Part shown: positions 31,921 to 40,932 of the stretch, one piece after another
Layout: each line of letters begins with the position of its first letter
How positions within the stretch are numbered: position 1 is the first letter of the stretch
NCBI GenBank assembly: GCA_963925625.1
Contig: CAWUUQ010000043.1
Span: forward strand, 1-40,932
Source: an uncultured Psychrosphaera sp.
GTDB lineage: Bacteria > Pseudomonadota > Gammaproteobacteria > Enterobacterales > Alteromonadaceae
Reading direction: 5' to 3'
DNA length: 40,932 nt
Notes under the pieces: generated by a model
Database searches by the model: none
Told to the model about the DNA's origin: nothing
Seen by the model: only the letters and a program-made list of their open reading frames with translations
Position numbers and translations under genes: made by a program

Positions 31921-32445
31921 ATGCCCGTTATTCTCGGTATCGATCCAGGTTCACGAATTACGGGTTATGGCATAGTGCAGCAGCAGGGTTCTAAATTCAC
32001 CTATTTAGGTAGTGGATGTATAAGAACGCCTGATGCTGACCTTTCAATTAAACTCAATACCATCTTTAACGGCATCTCTGAAATAATTCAGCAATATAAA
32101 CCTGATACCTTTGCCATTGAGCAAGTCTTTTTAGCTCACAATCCCGACTCAGCATTAAAGCTTGGGCAAGCCAGAGGCGCAGCTATCGTAGCCGCAACTC
32201 AAGGTGAACTGCCTGTATTTGAATATTCAGCTCGTCAAATAAAACAAGCCGTTGTAGGGACTGGTGCCGCTGATAAAGCTCAAGTTCAGCATATGATTCA
32301 ACAAATATTAAAGCTCTCAGGGAAACCTCAAGCCGATGCAGCTGATGGCTTGGCAGTAGCGATTTGCCATGGCAATACTAATCAAAGTTTAATAAATATG
32401 GCAGGTGTTGCGAAAAAAACCGTGCGAGGCCGTTTACGTCGATAG
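31921..32445 (+). CDS. ruvC: Holliday junction resolvase RuvC
   Basis: [36 protein letters not shown]. Confidence 0.97.
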   Translation: MPVILGIDPGSRITGYGIVQQQGSKFTYLGSGCIRTPDADLSIKLNTIFNGISEIIQQYKPDTFAIEQVFLAHNPDSALKLGQARGAAIVAATQGELPVFEYSARQIKQAVVGTGAADKAQVQHMIQQILKLSGKPQADAADGLAVAICHGNTNQSLINMAGVAKKTVRGRLRR

Positions 32446-32448
32446 AAA

Positions 32449-32468
32449 TGCTGTGTATATTTACAGTT
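32449..32468. promoter_or_regulatory. LexA (SOS) box upstream of ruvAB
   Basis: CTG-TGTATATTTA-CAG. Confidence 0.88.
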
Positions 32469-32494
32469 ATTGATGTTTTAACAAAGCAAATTTT

Positions 32495-33103
32495 ATGATT
32501 GGAAGATTATTAGGCGTTGTCGTTGACAAACAAGCTCCAGATTTATTGATCGATATAAATGGTGTTGGATACGAAGTTCAACTGCCACTGACCAGCTTTT
32601 ATGAATTACCCGACATTGGTCAATCAGCAACCGTTTACACACACTTTGTGGTTCGAGAAGATGCTCAGCTTCTTTATGGCTTTAGTTCTAAACAAGAACG
32701 TGCTTTGTTTCGTATGCTAATAAAGGCAAATGGAGTAGGTCCAAAACTCGCATTGACTATTCTTTCTGGCCTTACGGCCGAGCAGTTTGTGCAATGTGTT
32801 GAGCATGATGACATAACGACATTGGTTAAATTACCGGGCGTTGGTAAAAAAACGGCAGAACGATTGTTAATTGAAATGCGAGACCGAATTAAAGAACTTA
32901 ATATGGCACCGTCAAGTTCACCTTCAATGCCTGGAATGTCGATTAACACAGCGTTAAAGTCAAATGGACTCGACGATGCGGTATCTGCATTGGTATCTTT
33001 AGGTTATTCTCCACAACAAGCATTAAAGTCTGCTAAAGCCGTATACACTGAAGGCGACGATAGTGAAGTAGTGATCAGAAACGCGTTAAAAAGTATGCTT
33101 TAA
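32495..33103 (+). CDS. ruvA: Holliday junction branch migration protein RuvA
   Basis: [35 protein letters not shown]. Confidence 0.97.
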   Translation: MIGRLLGVVVDKQAPDLLIDINGVGYEVQLPLTSFYELPDIGQSATVYTHFVVREDAQLLYGFSSKQERALFRMLIKANGVGPKLALTILSGLTAEQFVQCVEHDDITTLVKLPGVGKKTAERLLIEMRDRIKELNMAPSSSPSMPGMSINTALKSNGLDDAVSALVSLGYSPQQALKSAKAVYTEGDDSEVVIRNALKSML

Positions 33104-33124
33104 TTCAAATATGGGAAATAAAGA

Positions 33125-34132
33125 ATGATAGAAGCGGATCGTTTAGTTGCAGCGGAATCCATCGGTGAAGACGAAGTTATTGATCGCGCAATACGACCTA
33201 AGCTGTTGGATGACTATCAAGGTCAGCCCGTTGTTAAAGAACAAATGGAGATCTTTATTCAGGCGGCGAAAAACAGAAACGAGGCACTTGATCATTTGCT
33301 TATATTTGGCCCTCCAGGTTTAGGTAAAACTACGTTGGCTAACATCGTTGCCAATGAAATGGATGTAAGCATAAAAACTACATCTGGTCCTGTGTTAGAA
33401 AAAGCAGGTGATTTAGCGGCGTTACTCACTAATCTTGAAGAAAACGATGTTTTGTTTATCGATGAAATTCATCGATTAAGCTCAGTAGTTGAAGAAATTC
33501 TATATCCTGCGATGGAAGACTACCAATTAGATATAATGATTGGTGAAGGTCCAGCTGCTCGTTCAATAAAACTAGACCTTCCCCCTTTTACTTTAATAGG
33601 CGCTACAACAAGAGCAGGCGCTTTAACGTCGCCATTGCGAGACCGATTTGGCATTGTGCAACGCTTAGAGTTTTATAAAGTAGCTGATTTAGCTCGCATT
33701 ATAGAACGAAGCGCAGCTTGTTTAAATTTAGAAATGACCCCTAATGCAGCCATTGAAGTTGCCAGACGCTCACGAGGCACTCCTCGAATAGCGAATCGAT
33801 TATTGCGAAGAGTCCGAGACTTTGCTGATGTAAAAAGCGATGGCACCGTAAGTGACGACATTGCAAAACAAGCACTAGATATGATAAATGTTGATAGTGA
33901 AGGTTTTGACTATATGGATAAAAAGTTACTTGCCACTATGATTGAAAAGTTTGATGGCGGTCCAGTTGGATTGGATAATATTGCTGCAGCCATTGGTGAA
34001 GAACGCGACACGATAGAAGATGTGATTGAACCCTATTTAATACAGCAAGGTTTTTTACAACGTACACCAAGAGGCCGAATTGCTGCACCAAGAGCCTATC
34101 AACATTTAGGTTACGACCTACCAACAAATTAA
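33125..34132 (+). CDS. ruvB: Holliday junction helicase RuvB
   Basis: [35 protein letters not shown]. Confidence 0.98.
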   Translation: MIEADRLVAAESIGEDEVIDRAIRPKLLDDYQGQPVVKEQMEIFIQAAKNRNEALDHLLIFGPPGLGKTTLANIVANEMDVSIKTTSGPVLEKAGDLAALLTNLEENDVLFIDEIHRLSSVVEEILYPAMEDYQLDIMIGEGPAARSIKLDLPPFTLIGATTRAGALTSPLRDRFGIVQRLEFYKVADLARIIERSAACLNLEMTPNAAIEVARRSRGTPRIANRLLRRVRDFADVKSDGTVSDDIAKQALDMINVDSEGFDYMDKKLLATMIEKFDGGPVGLDNIAAAIGEERDTIEDVIEPYLIQQGFLQRTPRGRIAAPRAYQHLGYDLPTN

Positions 34133-34146
34133 GGTAAGTATTAATC

Positions 34147-34172
34147 AAAAACGGGCTAAGGCTCGTTTTTTA
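34147..34172 (+). terminator. Terminator after ruvB
   Basis: AAAAACGGGC-TAAG-GCTCG-T6. Confidence 0.8.
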
Positions 34173-34237
34173 ATTACTGCACTAAAGTCAGATATAAGAA
34201 ATAAAAAGAAAATAAATATAGAAGTGAACTTTCAGGC

Positions 34238-34357
34238 AAAAAAAATGCCCATTCAAAGAATGGGCGAAATATAAGGAATAAATTCCAGGGAACATGAATA
34301 GGAGAAGAGAACTAAAAATTCGTTTCTTCAATACTGAACAGGTTGTGTTCAGAAGAT
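34238..34357 (-). ncRNA. Putative ~120-nt base-pairing sRNA (family not identified)
   Basis: Own promoter, 5' hairpin, CU-rich single strand, GCCCATTC-TTT-GAATGGGC stem plus T8; no minus-strand gene explains the terminator. Confidence 0.65.
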
Positions 34358-34363
34358 GCGAGC

Positions 34364-34428
34364 ATTATAGGGATTAGAGTAAATACTTCAAACAAGATTT
34401 TTTGCTTTTGGGTATTAGAAAATCTAAT
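34364..34428 (-). promoter_or_regulatory. Sigma70 promoter plus LysR-type dyad for the putative sRNA
   Basis: TTGAAG-N16-TATAAT; ATTAG-N5-CTAAT centred about -64. Confidence 0.6.
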
Positions 34429-34646
34429 CCTGAATAGTTAGTTATTATGCCTATATCTTTGTTATATTCCCTACTAACGGAGTATGAACCTTACTTATCA
34501 ACGGTTTATTTGTGTTGTGTGATTTTCAAACAATAAAAGTATTCCTAATGTCGGAATAAAAACTCTATTTATTTTTAATAAATATGCATAATGTATTCAT
34601 TAAATAAGCTAAAAAAATTGTTTTAAAAGGGTTGACGAGGGGTTGT

Positions 34647-35045
34647 GTGTTTAATTTTCCTGTAAAAGTGTACTACGAAGATACCGACGCAGGTGGTATT
34701 GTGTACCATGCGAACTATTTAAAGTTCTGTGAAAGAGCAAGAACTGAATTTTTACTGTCTTTAGGTATTGAACAAGACGGCTATCTTAAGCAGAATATAG
34801 GCTTTGTAGTTACAAAGATGAATATTGAATTCAAATCGTCTGCCAGATTACACCAAGCGCTAATGGTACAATCTGAAATTATTAAGTTAAAACGTGCTTC
34901 GATTGAATTTGCTCAAGTTATTATAAATGAGCAACAACATGTCGTTTTTAAAGCGAACGTGATTGTAGCCTGTGTTAATTCGGAGTCAGGGAAGCCATTG
35001 GCTATGCCTTCGGAAATCTTAGAGGTGTTAAAAAGTGCAAGCTGA
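34647..35045 (+). CDS. ybgC: Tol-pal-associated acyl-CoA thioesterase
   Basis: VYYEDTDAGGIVYHANYLKFCERARTE; GTG 34647 with SD GAGG. Confidence 0.95.
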   Translation: MFNFPVKVYYEDTDAGGIVYHANYLKFCERARTEFLLSLGIEQDGYLKQNIGFVVTKMNIEFKSSARLHQALMVQSEIIKLKRASIEFAQVIINEQQHVVFKANVIVACVNSESGKPLAMPSEILEVLKSAS

Positions 35046-35724
35046 AATTAGTTTTTGGGGATTGTTTTGGGAAGCCAGCTTTATTGTTCAGTTGGTCATG
35101 TTAACCCTGTTAGGCTTATCGATTAGTTCTTGGGCCATCATTTTTCAGCGTCGTAAAGTATTGTTAGAAGCTGAGAAAAAAACCAAGACATTTGAAGATA
35201 GATTTTGGTCAGGTGTTGACTTAAGCCGTCTTTACAGTGAAATCACCGCTAGACAATCAGTTGATGGCTTGGAATCACTATTCAAAGATGGTTTTAAAGA
35301 GTTTGCACGTCTAAAGAAAAACAGCATAGGTTCTGCGCAAGTTTACTTAGAAGGCACACATCGAGCCATGCGTGTTCGCTTATCTCGTGAAGTTGAAGAC
35401 TTAGAACGTCATTTAAGTTTCTTGGCATCAGTAGGTTCAATTAGCCCTTATATTGGTTTGTTCGGGACCGTTTGGGGAATCATGAATGCATTTTTAGCAT
35501 TAGGTGAAGTCCAACAAGCGACGCTAAATATGGTTGCTCCTGGTATTGCCGAAGCACTGATCGCGACGGCGATGGGACTATTTGCAGCGATTCCTGCTGT
35601 ATTAGCCTACAACAGCTTTGCTCATAGAGTAGAAAAACTTGAAGTAAGTTATGTGAACTTTACAGAAGAGTTTGCCAATATTCTTCATCGCCAAGTTACT
35701 GCCAACATTAATACTTCGGCCTAA
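35035..35724 (+). CDS. tolQ: TolQ
   Basis: SPYIGLFGTVWGIM, VAPGIAEALIATAMGLFAAIPA. Confidence 0.97.
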   Translation: MQAEISFWGLFWEASFIVQLVMLTLLGLSISSWAIIFQRRKVLLEAEKKTKTFEDRFWSGVDLSRLYSEITARQSVDGLESLFKDGFKEFARLKKNSIGSAQVYLEGTHRAMRVRLSREVEDLERHLSFLASVGSISPYIGLFGTVWGIMNAFLALGEVQQATLNMVAPGIAEALIATAMGLFAAIPAVLAYNSFAHRVEKLEVSYVNFTEEFANILHRQVTANINTSA

Positions 35725-35729
35725 TCGTT

Positions 35730-36158
35730 ATGAATACACCTATTCGACGTCGTAGAAAACCAGTCGCCGAAATCAACGTAGTACCGTATATCGATGTTAT
35801 GTTGGTTTTGTTGATTATCTTTATGGTGACAGCACCCCTTGTTACACAAGGCGTAAAAGTAGACTTGCCACAAGCGAACTCTGAGCCTCTTGACGAAGAT
35901 AGTTTATCTCCAATCATTGCGTCAATAGACGCTCAAGGCCAATATTTTGTATCCACAGGTGGTGAAGACAGTGAAGAGCCAATGTCAGCGACGGATGTTG
36001 CTGTAATAGTGGCTGCTCAGCTACAAATAAACCCTCAAACACCGGTGGTTGTGAAGGCCGATAGAAATATTGCGTACAATAATGTCATTGAATTGATGGT
36101 CTTGCTGCAACGAGCAGGCGCACCTTCAGTTGGATTAATGACGGAGCCAGCCAAATAA
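35730..36158 (+). CDS. tolR: TolR
   Basis: EINVVPYIDVMLVLLIIFMVTAP. Confidence 0.97.
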   Translation: MNTPIRRRRKPVAEINVVPYIDVMLVLLIIFMVTAPLVTQGVKVDLPQANSEPLDEDSLSPIIASIDAQGQYFVSTGGEDSEEPMSATDVAVIVAAQLQINPQTPVVVKADRNIAYNNVIELMVLLQRAGAPSVGLMTEPAK

Positions 36159-37156
36159 TGTTTAACCGTAGTTATTCACCTTTTTTAGCAAAGTCTTTTG
36201 GGTTACACCTTATATTTGGCATTGTTGTGGTTTTAAGTTTTAACTTTACAGCACCTGAAGAAAAGCCCAAAAAAGCAACGGAGCTGTCGGCGATTGATGC
36301 CGTGGTAATAGACTCTGCGGCATTAGAACAACAAGTTTCTAAATTTAAACAACAAGAAGCAGACAAAAAAGCCGCTGAAGAGCGACGAGTAAAAGAGCTT
36401 GAAGAGCGTGCACAACAAGCAAAAAAAGATCTCAACAAGTTAAATAAACAACAGTTACAAAGCGAAAAAGAAGCAAAAGAAGCGAAACGCAAAGCGGACG
36501 CCGCTAAAAAAAAGGCCGCTGAAGAAAGTCGTAAAGCAGCAGCAGAAAAGAAAAAAGCAGCAGAAGAAAAACGTAAAGCTGACTTAGCTAAAAAAGAACG
36601 TGTTAAACGTGAAGCTGAAGCGAAAAAAGCAAAGGCTGAAGCATTAAAAGCGAAGCAACAGAAAGAAGCTGAGGAAAAAGCGGCCAAAGCTGCAGCTCAA
36701 AAAGCCGAAGCTGAACGTAAGCAACGAGAAAAAGCAGCAAAAGAAGCTGCCGAACGTGCCGAAGCAGAGAAACGCAAACGTGAGCAAGCTGCACAAGAAA
36801 AAGCATTACAAGAAAAAATGTTAGAAGAGCAATTAGCTAGAGAGCAAAGTGTACGTCAAAAAGCACGTCAGAAAGTTGTTATGTCTGAGGTCCAAAAATA
36901 CCAAGCCTTAATAACTTCTAAGATTCAGCAAAACTTAATTGTAGATCCAAGTATGAAAGGAACGTCATGTCGACTAAACATTAAGTTAGCATTTAGTGGC
37001 TTAGTGACAAAAGTAACGATACTGAATGGCCAAAATAATATTTGTAAAGCCGCTGAACGTGCTGTATTAAGAGCGGAAACGTTACCTGTTTCTAAAGAAC
37101 AAGATGTATATCAACAATTGCGAGATATTAATTTAACCGTGGAGCCTGAGTTCTAA
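36158..37156 (+). CDS. tolA: TolA
   Basis: N-terminal TM with S..LH motif, long Ala/Lys/Glu helix, C-terminal domain with a Cys pair. Confidence 0.93.
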   Translation: MFNRSYSPFLAKSFGLHLIFGIVVVLSFNFTAPEEKPKKATELSAIDAVVIDSAALEQQVSKFKQQEADKKAAEERRVKELEERAQQAKKDLNKLNKQQLQSEKEAKEAKRKADAAKKKAAEESRKAAAEKKKAAEEKRKADLAKKERVKREAEAKKAKAEALKAKQQKEAEEKAAKAAAQKAEAERKQREKAAKEAAERAEAEKRKREQAAQEKALQEKMLEEQLAREQSVRQKARQKVVMSEVQKYQALITSKIQQNLIVDPSMKGTSCRLNIKLAFSGLVTKVTILNGQNNICKAAERAVLRAETLPVSKEQDVYQQLRDINLTVEPEF

Positions 37157-38508
37157 TGATTCGACACATAATAAAGGTGCTGGCCTTATTCAGTTTACTA
37201 ATAAGTCAAACAACTAATGCCGCGTTGGAAATTGTAATCACAGAGGGTACTGACAGTGCTCGTCCGATTGCAATTGTGCCTTTTAAATATGATGGTTTAG
37301 CAGAATTACCACTGAATATATCTGAAATTATTGCTGCTGATTTAATGCGTAGCGGTAAGTTTAAACCGTTACCTATAGATGAAATGCCACAAATGCCGAC
37401 TAAAGATGAAGAAGTCGATTATGCGTCGTGGGCGTCATTAGGTGCAGAAGCAGTTTTAGTAGGAACCATTGTTGACCAATCATTAGATCGCTTTTTAGTG
37501 AGTTATGAATTAATCGACGTCTTACGTGGGCAAATTACTGGCGGTACAATCCAGGTTTTAGTTGAAGGAAAATTGGTCGAAACCAAAGACCATATCCTTG
37601 ATAATCGCCAAGTAACCATCAACGCTAAGCAGTTTCGACGTTATGCACACCGTATTAGTGACTTAGCTTATGAAAAGTTAACGGGTGAACGCGGCGCATT
37701 TTTAACAAAAATAGCTTATGTAACAGTGAACCATGGCGAAGAATATACGTATAAGTTAATCGTAGCAGACTACGATGGTGCAAATGAACAAGTTTTATTA
37801 CGTTCTAAAGAGCCCTTAATGTCACCGTCTTGGTCACCTGATGGAACAAAGTTAGCGTATGTAACCTTTGAGAATAATCGTTCACAAATCTACATCCAAG
37901 ATATTTATACAGGAACGCGACAATTGCTGACGTCTTATGATGGCATAAACGGAGCGCCTCAATGGAGTCCAGATGGTGATAAGTTAGCGCTAGTATTGTC
38001 AAAAGACGGCAACCCTGAACTTTATGTTTTAGAGTTGACAAACAAGACGTTAACGCGATTAACTAAACATAGAGCTATTGATACCGAACCAAGCTGGTCA
38101 CCTGACGCAAAATATATTGTGTTCAGCTCAGAACGGGGTGGTAATGCTCAACTATATAGCGTAAATTTGGAAAACAAGCGTATAAAGCGGTTAACCTTTG
38201 ATGGCGAAATGAATTTAGGTGGTTCAATTACTCCTGATAACAAACACTTAATCATGGTTAACAGAACGCAAGGCAACTATCATATTGCCAAAAAGGAACT
38301 AGACTCAGGTCACTTCCAAGTGTTGACAAAAACACGCTTAGACGAAAGCCCAAGCTTAGCCCCTAATGGGTCTATGATTATATATAGTACTATGCATGGT
38401 AATGGACAGGTGCTTGCTTTGGTTTCAATAGATGGTCGTTTTAAAGCAAGATTACCGGCAGCCAGTGGACAGGTTAAAAGTCCTGCATGGTCACCATTTT
38501 TAAAATAA
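37156..38508 (+). CDS. tolB: TolB
   Basis: [17 protein letters not shown], repeated WSPDG propeller blades, C-terminal SPAWSPF. Confidence 0.97.
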   Translation: MIRHIIKVLALFSLLISQTTNAALEIVITEGTDSARPIAIVPFKYDGLAELPLNISEIIAADLMRSGKFKPLPIDEMPQMPTKDEEVDYASWASLGAEAVLVGTIVDQSLDRFLVSYELIDVLRGQITGGTIQVLVEGKLVETKDHILDNRQVTINAKQFRRYAHRISDLAYEKLTGERGAFLTKIAYVTVNHGEEYTYKLIVADYDGANEQVLLRSKEPLMSPSWSPDGTKLAYVTFENNRSQIYIQDIYTGTRQLLTSYDGINGAPQWSPDGDKLALVLSKDGNPELYVLELTNKTLTRLTKHRAIDTEPSWSPDAKYIVFSSERGGNAQLYSVNLENKRIKRLTFDGEMNLGGSITPDNKHLIMVNRTQGNYHIAKKELDSGHFQVLTKTRLDESPSLAPNGSMIIYSTMHGNGQVLALVSIDGRFKARLPAASGQVKSPAWSPFLK

Positions 38509-38571
38509 AAAGGCGTTGAATTTAACAACGTTTATACTAACAACGATTTGTGGATAAAAAGGAAACAAAGA

Positions 38572-39129
38572 ATGCAATTTAGCAAAATTACAAAAGGTCT
38601 TTTGATCGCTATTCCAGCTCTTGTTTTAACAGCTTGTGGTTCAAGCTCTGTTGTTAACGACGAAAGCAAGGCAGCAGCGACAAACTCAACTGAAGCGACT
38701 CAAGCTTCTGGCATGGGCCAAAACGCATCTGCAGTTGAAGTTGCGACTGTTGAAAAAGCACCAACAGTTGAAGAAATGCAGCAAGCTAAATTTGATGCAT
38801 TACGTCAAGAACAAACAGTTTACTTTGACTTTGACGATTCAAAAGTTGATGCAAAATACTTAGAATTATTACAAGCACACGCTGACTACTTAATTAAAAA
38901 CCCTAACCAAACGGTTATGGTTGAAGGTCCCTGTGATGAGCGTGGTACTCCTGAGTACAATATTGCTCTAGGTGAACGTCGTGCGAAGGCCGTAGCTACA
39001 TACCTACAAAACTTAGGTGTAATGCAAAGCCAGATCTCTACTGTTTCTTACGGTGAAGAAAAACCTCTTGATTTGTCTCGTACACAAGAAGGTTTTGCTA
39101 AAAACCGTCGTTCAGTATTAGTTTACTAA
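38572..39129 (+). CDS. pal: Peptidoglycan-associated lipoprotein
   Basis: Lipobox LTAC; YFDFD, DERGTPEYNIALGERRA, SYGEEKP, KNRR. Confidence 0.96.
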   Translation: MQFSKITKGLLIAIPALVLTACGSSSVVNDESKAAATNSTEATQASGMGQNASAVEVATVEKAPTVEEMQQAKFDALRQEQTVYFDFDDSKVDAKYLELLQAHADYLIKNPNQTVMVEGPCDERGTPEYNIALGERRAKAVATYLQNLGVMQSQISTVSYGEEKPLDLSRTQEGFAKNRRSVLVY

Positions 39130-39150
39130 TCAAATAAGAAGCGACAGTCT

Positions 39151-39885
39151 ATGAGATTCTCTCTATTGGCCGTTCTTCTTGCTAGCGGGGCAGCCCTTGC
39201 GGATGCTCCCGTTACTGATCTTAGTAATAACGGTCAGCTCTCTGAGCAAGTAACACAGCTAAAACGCCTTATTCAGGCACGTGGTGCCGCTCAAGTTAAT
39301 TTGCAACAGCAAATTAATGATCTGCAAGATGAAGTAAGTGAGTTACGTGGTGTTACTGAAACACACACGCATAAGCTTGAGCAAATTGTTGATCGTCAAC
39401 GCGAACTATATCTCGAAATTGAACGTCGTCTTAGCAATGTACAACAAACCTCAAAGGTTGTTGAACCCATTGTAGAAGAAACGTCGATGGAACAGTATGG
39501 TGGCACGTTAGGTGAAAATGAAGCTTATGATCAAGCGGTAAACTTGATTTTGAAAGAGCGACGTTATGATGATGCGATTCCTGCATTTGATAAATTCATC
39601 GAACAATTTCCAAAATCAATTTATATTCCAAATGCTCACTACTGGTTAGGGCAGCTTTTATTTAATAAAGCCAACTACACAGCAGCAAAAGATCATTTTG
39701 ATAAGGTTATTCGTTTATATCCTGAGTCTAATAAGCGCAGTGATGCCTTATTAAAACAAGGAACGGTTCTGCAAAAGTTAGGCGATGCCGCTGGTGCAAA
39801 AAAATTGTTCCAACAAGTGGTTAATGAATACCCAGAATCAAACTCAGCAACACTTGCAAAATCTAGGTTAATGAACCAAGGTTAA
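39151..39885 (+). CDS. cpoB: Tol-pal system protein CpoB (YbgF)
   Basis: Signal peptide, coiled coil (VSELRG), TPRs (NAHYWLGQ, DALLK); follows pal. Confidence 0.94.
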   Translation: MRFSLLAVLLASGAALADAPVTDLSNNGQLSEQVTQLKRLIQARGAAQVNLQQQINDLQDEVSELRGVTETHTHKLEQIVDRQRELYLEIERRLSNVQQTSKVVEPIVEETSMEQYGGTLGENEAYDQAVNLILKERRYDDAIPAFDKFIEQFPKSIYIPNAHYWLGQLLFNKANYTAAKDHFDKVIRLYPESNKRSDALLKQGTVLQKLGDAAGAKKLFQQVVNEYPESNSATLAKSRLMNQG

Positions 39886-39988
39886 ATTGCAAAATTGTTG
39901 TAAGTTTTAATAGATAAGTGTGTTTTTTAACGCTTTTGTCCAATTTTTAGGCGAAAGCGCTTAAAATTAAATTTATTTGAAAATAAAC

Positions 39989-40026
39989 TTGCACGATAGA
40001 ATTAAATAAGTATTATATGCGCCCGC
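39989..40026 (+). promoter_or_regulatory. Stable-RNA promoter of the tRNA-Lys operon
   Basis: TTGCAC-N16-TATTAT, GC-rich discriminator GCGCCCGC, AT-rich UP element. Confidence 0.75.
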
Positions 40027-40067
40027 AGCAACGGAATGACTCGTCACTCTGATGCTGTACAAAAAGT

Positions 40068-40143
40068 GGGTCATTAGCTCAGTTGGTAGAGCAGTTGACT
40101 TTTAATCAATTGGTCGATGGTTCGAATCCATCATGACCCACCA
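40068..40143 (+). tRNA. tRNA-Lys(TTT)
   Basis: 76 nt; GGGTCAT/ATGACCC acceptor stem, CTTTTAA anticodon loop, GTTCGAATC, CCA. Confidence 0.98.
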
Positions 40144-40161
40144 CTTTTTGTCCTGTTTGAT

Positions 40162-40237
40162 GGGTCATTAGCTCAGTTGATAGAGCAGTTGACTTTTAAT
40201 CAATTGGTCGATGGTTCGAATCCATCATGACCCACCA
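40162..40237 (+). tRNA. tRNA-Lys(TTT), D-loop G19A variant
   Basis: Identical to the other copies except TTGATA for TTGGTA (base 40180). Confidence 0.95.
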
Positions 40238-40268
40238 TCAGACAGAAAAAAGAAGATCTCCCTAGAGT

Positions 40269-40344
40269 GGGTCATTAGCTCAGTTGGTAGAGCAGTTGAC
40301 TTTTAATCAATTGGTCGATGGTTCGAATCCATCATGACCCACCA
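40269..40344 (+). tRNA. tRNA-Lys(TTT)
   Basis: Identical to the first copy. Confidence 0.98.
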
Positions 40345-40359
40345 CTTCTAGTTAAATTC

Positions 40360-40387
40360 GTGACATTGTTATTACATCCCGTATAAT
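40360..40387 (+). promoter_or_regulatory. Sigma70 promoter of nadA
   Basis: GTGACA-N16-TATAAT. Confidence 0.55.
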
Positions 40388-40430
40388 ACGCGAACTATTA
40401 TCAGTCTAATATTAAAGCCTAAATAAGCCT

Positions 40431-40932
40431 ATGAACCGCACAGATCAAGCGATAGAGTTATCAGTTAACCCTTCGATTGCACCCGCTGCTATTGAATATC
40501 CGTTTCCTCCTAAACCTGCGTTATTAAACGAACAGGAAAAGCAGGAATATAAAGAACGAATCAAAGCCTTATTAATCGAAAAGAACGCCGTTCTTGTCGC
40601 TCACTATTATACTGATCCTGAAATTCAAGCATTAGCTGAAGAAACAGGTGGTTGTGTAGCAGACTCGTTAGAAATGGCCAGATTTGGCAATCAACATCCA
40701 GCCAAAACACTTATTGTTGCTGGTGTAAAGTTTATGGGCGAAACCGCCAAAATACTTACGCCAGAAAAAACTATTTTAATGCCAACTTTAGAAGCAACTT
40801 GTTCATTGGACCTAGGTTGCCCTGCAGACAAGTTTGCGGAGTTTTGTGACCAACACCCTGATCATACTGTTGTTGTTTATGCAAACACGTCAGCGGCTGT
40901 TAAAGCGCGAGCAGATTGGGTAGTTACGTCTA
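40431..40932 (+). CDS. nadA: Quinolinate synthase A (3'-truncated by the window; absent from the ORF track)
   Basis: Hand translation: YPFPPKP...[32 protein letters not shown]...[12 protein letters not shown]...ATCSLDLGC...[19 protein letters not shown]. Confidence 0.96.
   Translation, partial: MNRTDQAIELSVNPSIAPAAIEYPFPPKPALLNEQEKQEYKERIKALLIEKNAVLVAHYYTDPEIQALAEETGGCVADSLEMARFGNQHPAKTLIVAGVKFMGETAKILTPEKTILMPTLEATCSLDLGCPADKFAEFCDQHPDHTVVVYANTSAAVKARADWVVTS

Noticed and set aside
34238-34357. Identification of the sRNA as GcvB, DsrA or ArcZ
   Set aside because: Only short motif similarities; overall sequence and gene context do not match
36172-36806. Antisense ORFs and repetitive sequence within tolA
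   Set aside because: Shadow of the Ala/Lys/Glu-rich TolA helix
40068-40344. Three 76-bp direct repeats with short spacers (CRISPR-like or att-site-like)
   Set aside because: They are complete tRNA-Lys genes; no cas or integrase genes, and nadA follows directly
40652-40849. 65-aa ORF in the ORF track
   Set aside because: Alternate frame inside nadA

Overview
AT-rich core chromosome segment of a marine-type gammaproteobacterium; the gene content suggests Alteromonadales, which is an inference. Order: end of a type IV minor-pilin cluster (pilY1'-pilE-fimT), nadE<>glnB, ibpA (sigma32 promoter and ROSE thermometer), signal-peptide Tpx, REC-CheC plus PAS-GGDEF pair, proS-hisIE, DUF2310, kelch protein, trmO, sigma28-type MCP, ppiB-lpxH, SDR, ylqF-thioesterase-phhB, DUF445, yebG (LexA box), a long minus-strand run cmoA-cmoB-(orphan ORF)-purM-purN-DUF3108-ygfA-rpiA-serA, a triple-PBP diguanylate cyclase, aspS (frameshifted), ruvCAB, ybgC-tolQRAB-pal-cpoB, three tRNA-Lys and the 5' part of nadA. 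I found no mobile element, CRISPR array or defence island. The best novel candidate is an unannotated ~120-nt minus-strand sRNA between ruvB and ybgC, with its own promoter, a LysR/GcvA-type box at about -64, CU-rich anti-SD tracts and a terminator. Four lesions in conserved sequences (aspS -2 frameshift, in-frame TGA in ygfA, pal His-to-Pro, tRNA G19A) together suggest residual assembly errors.
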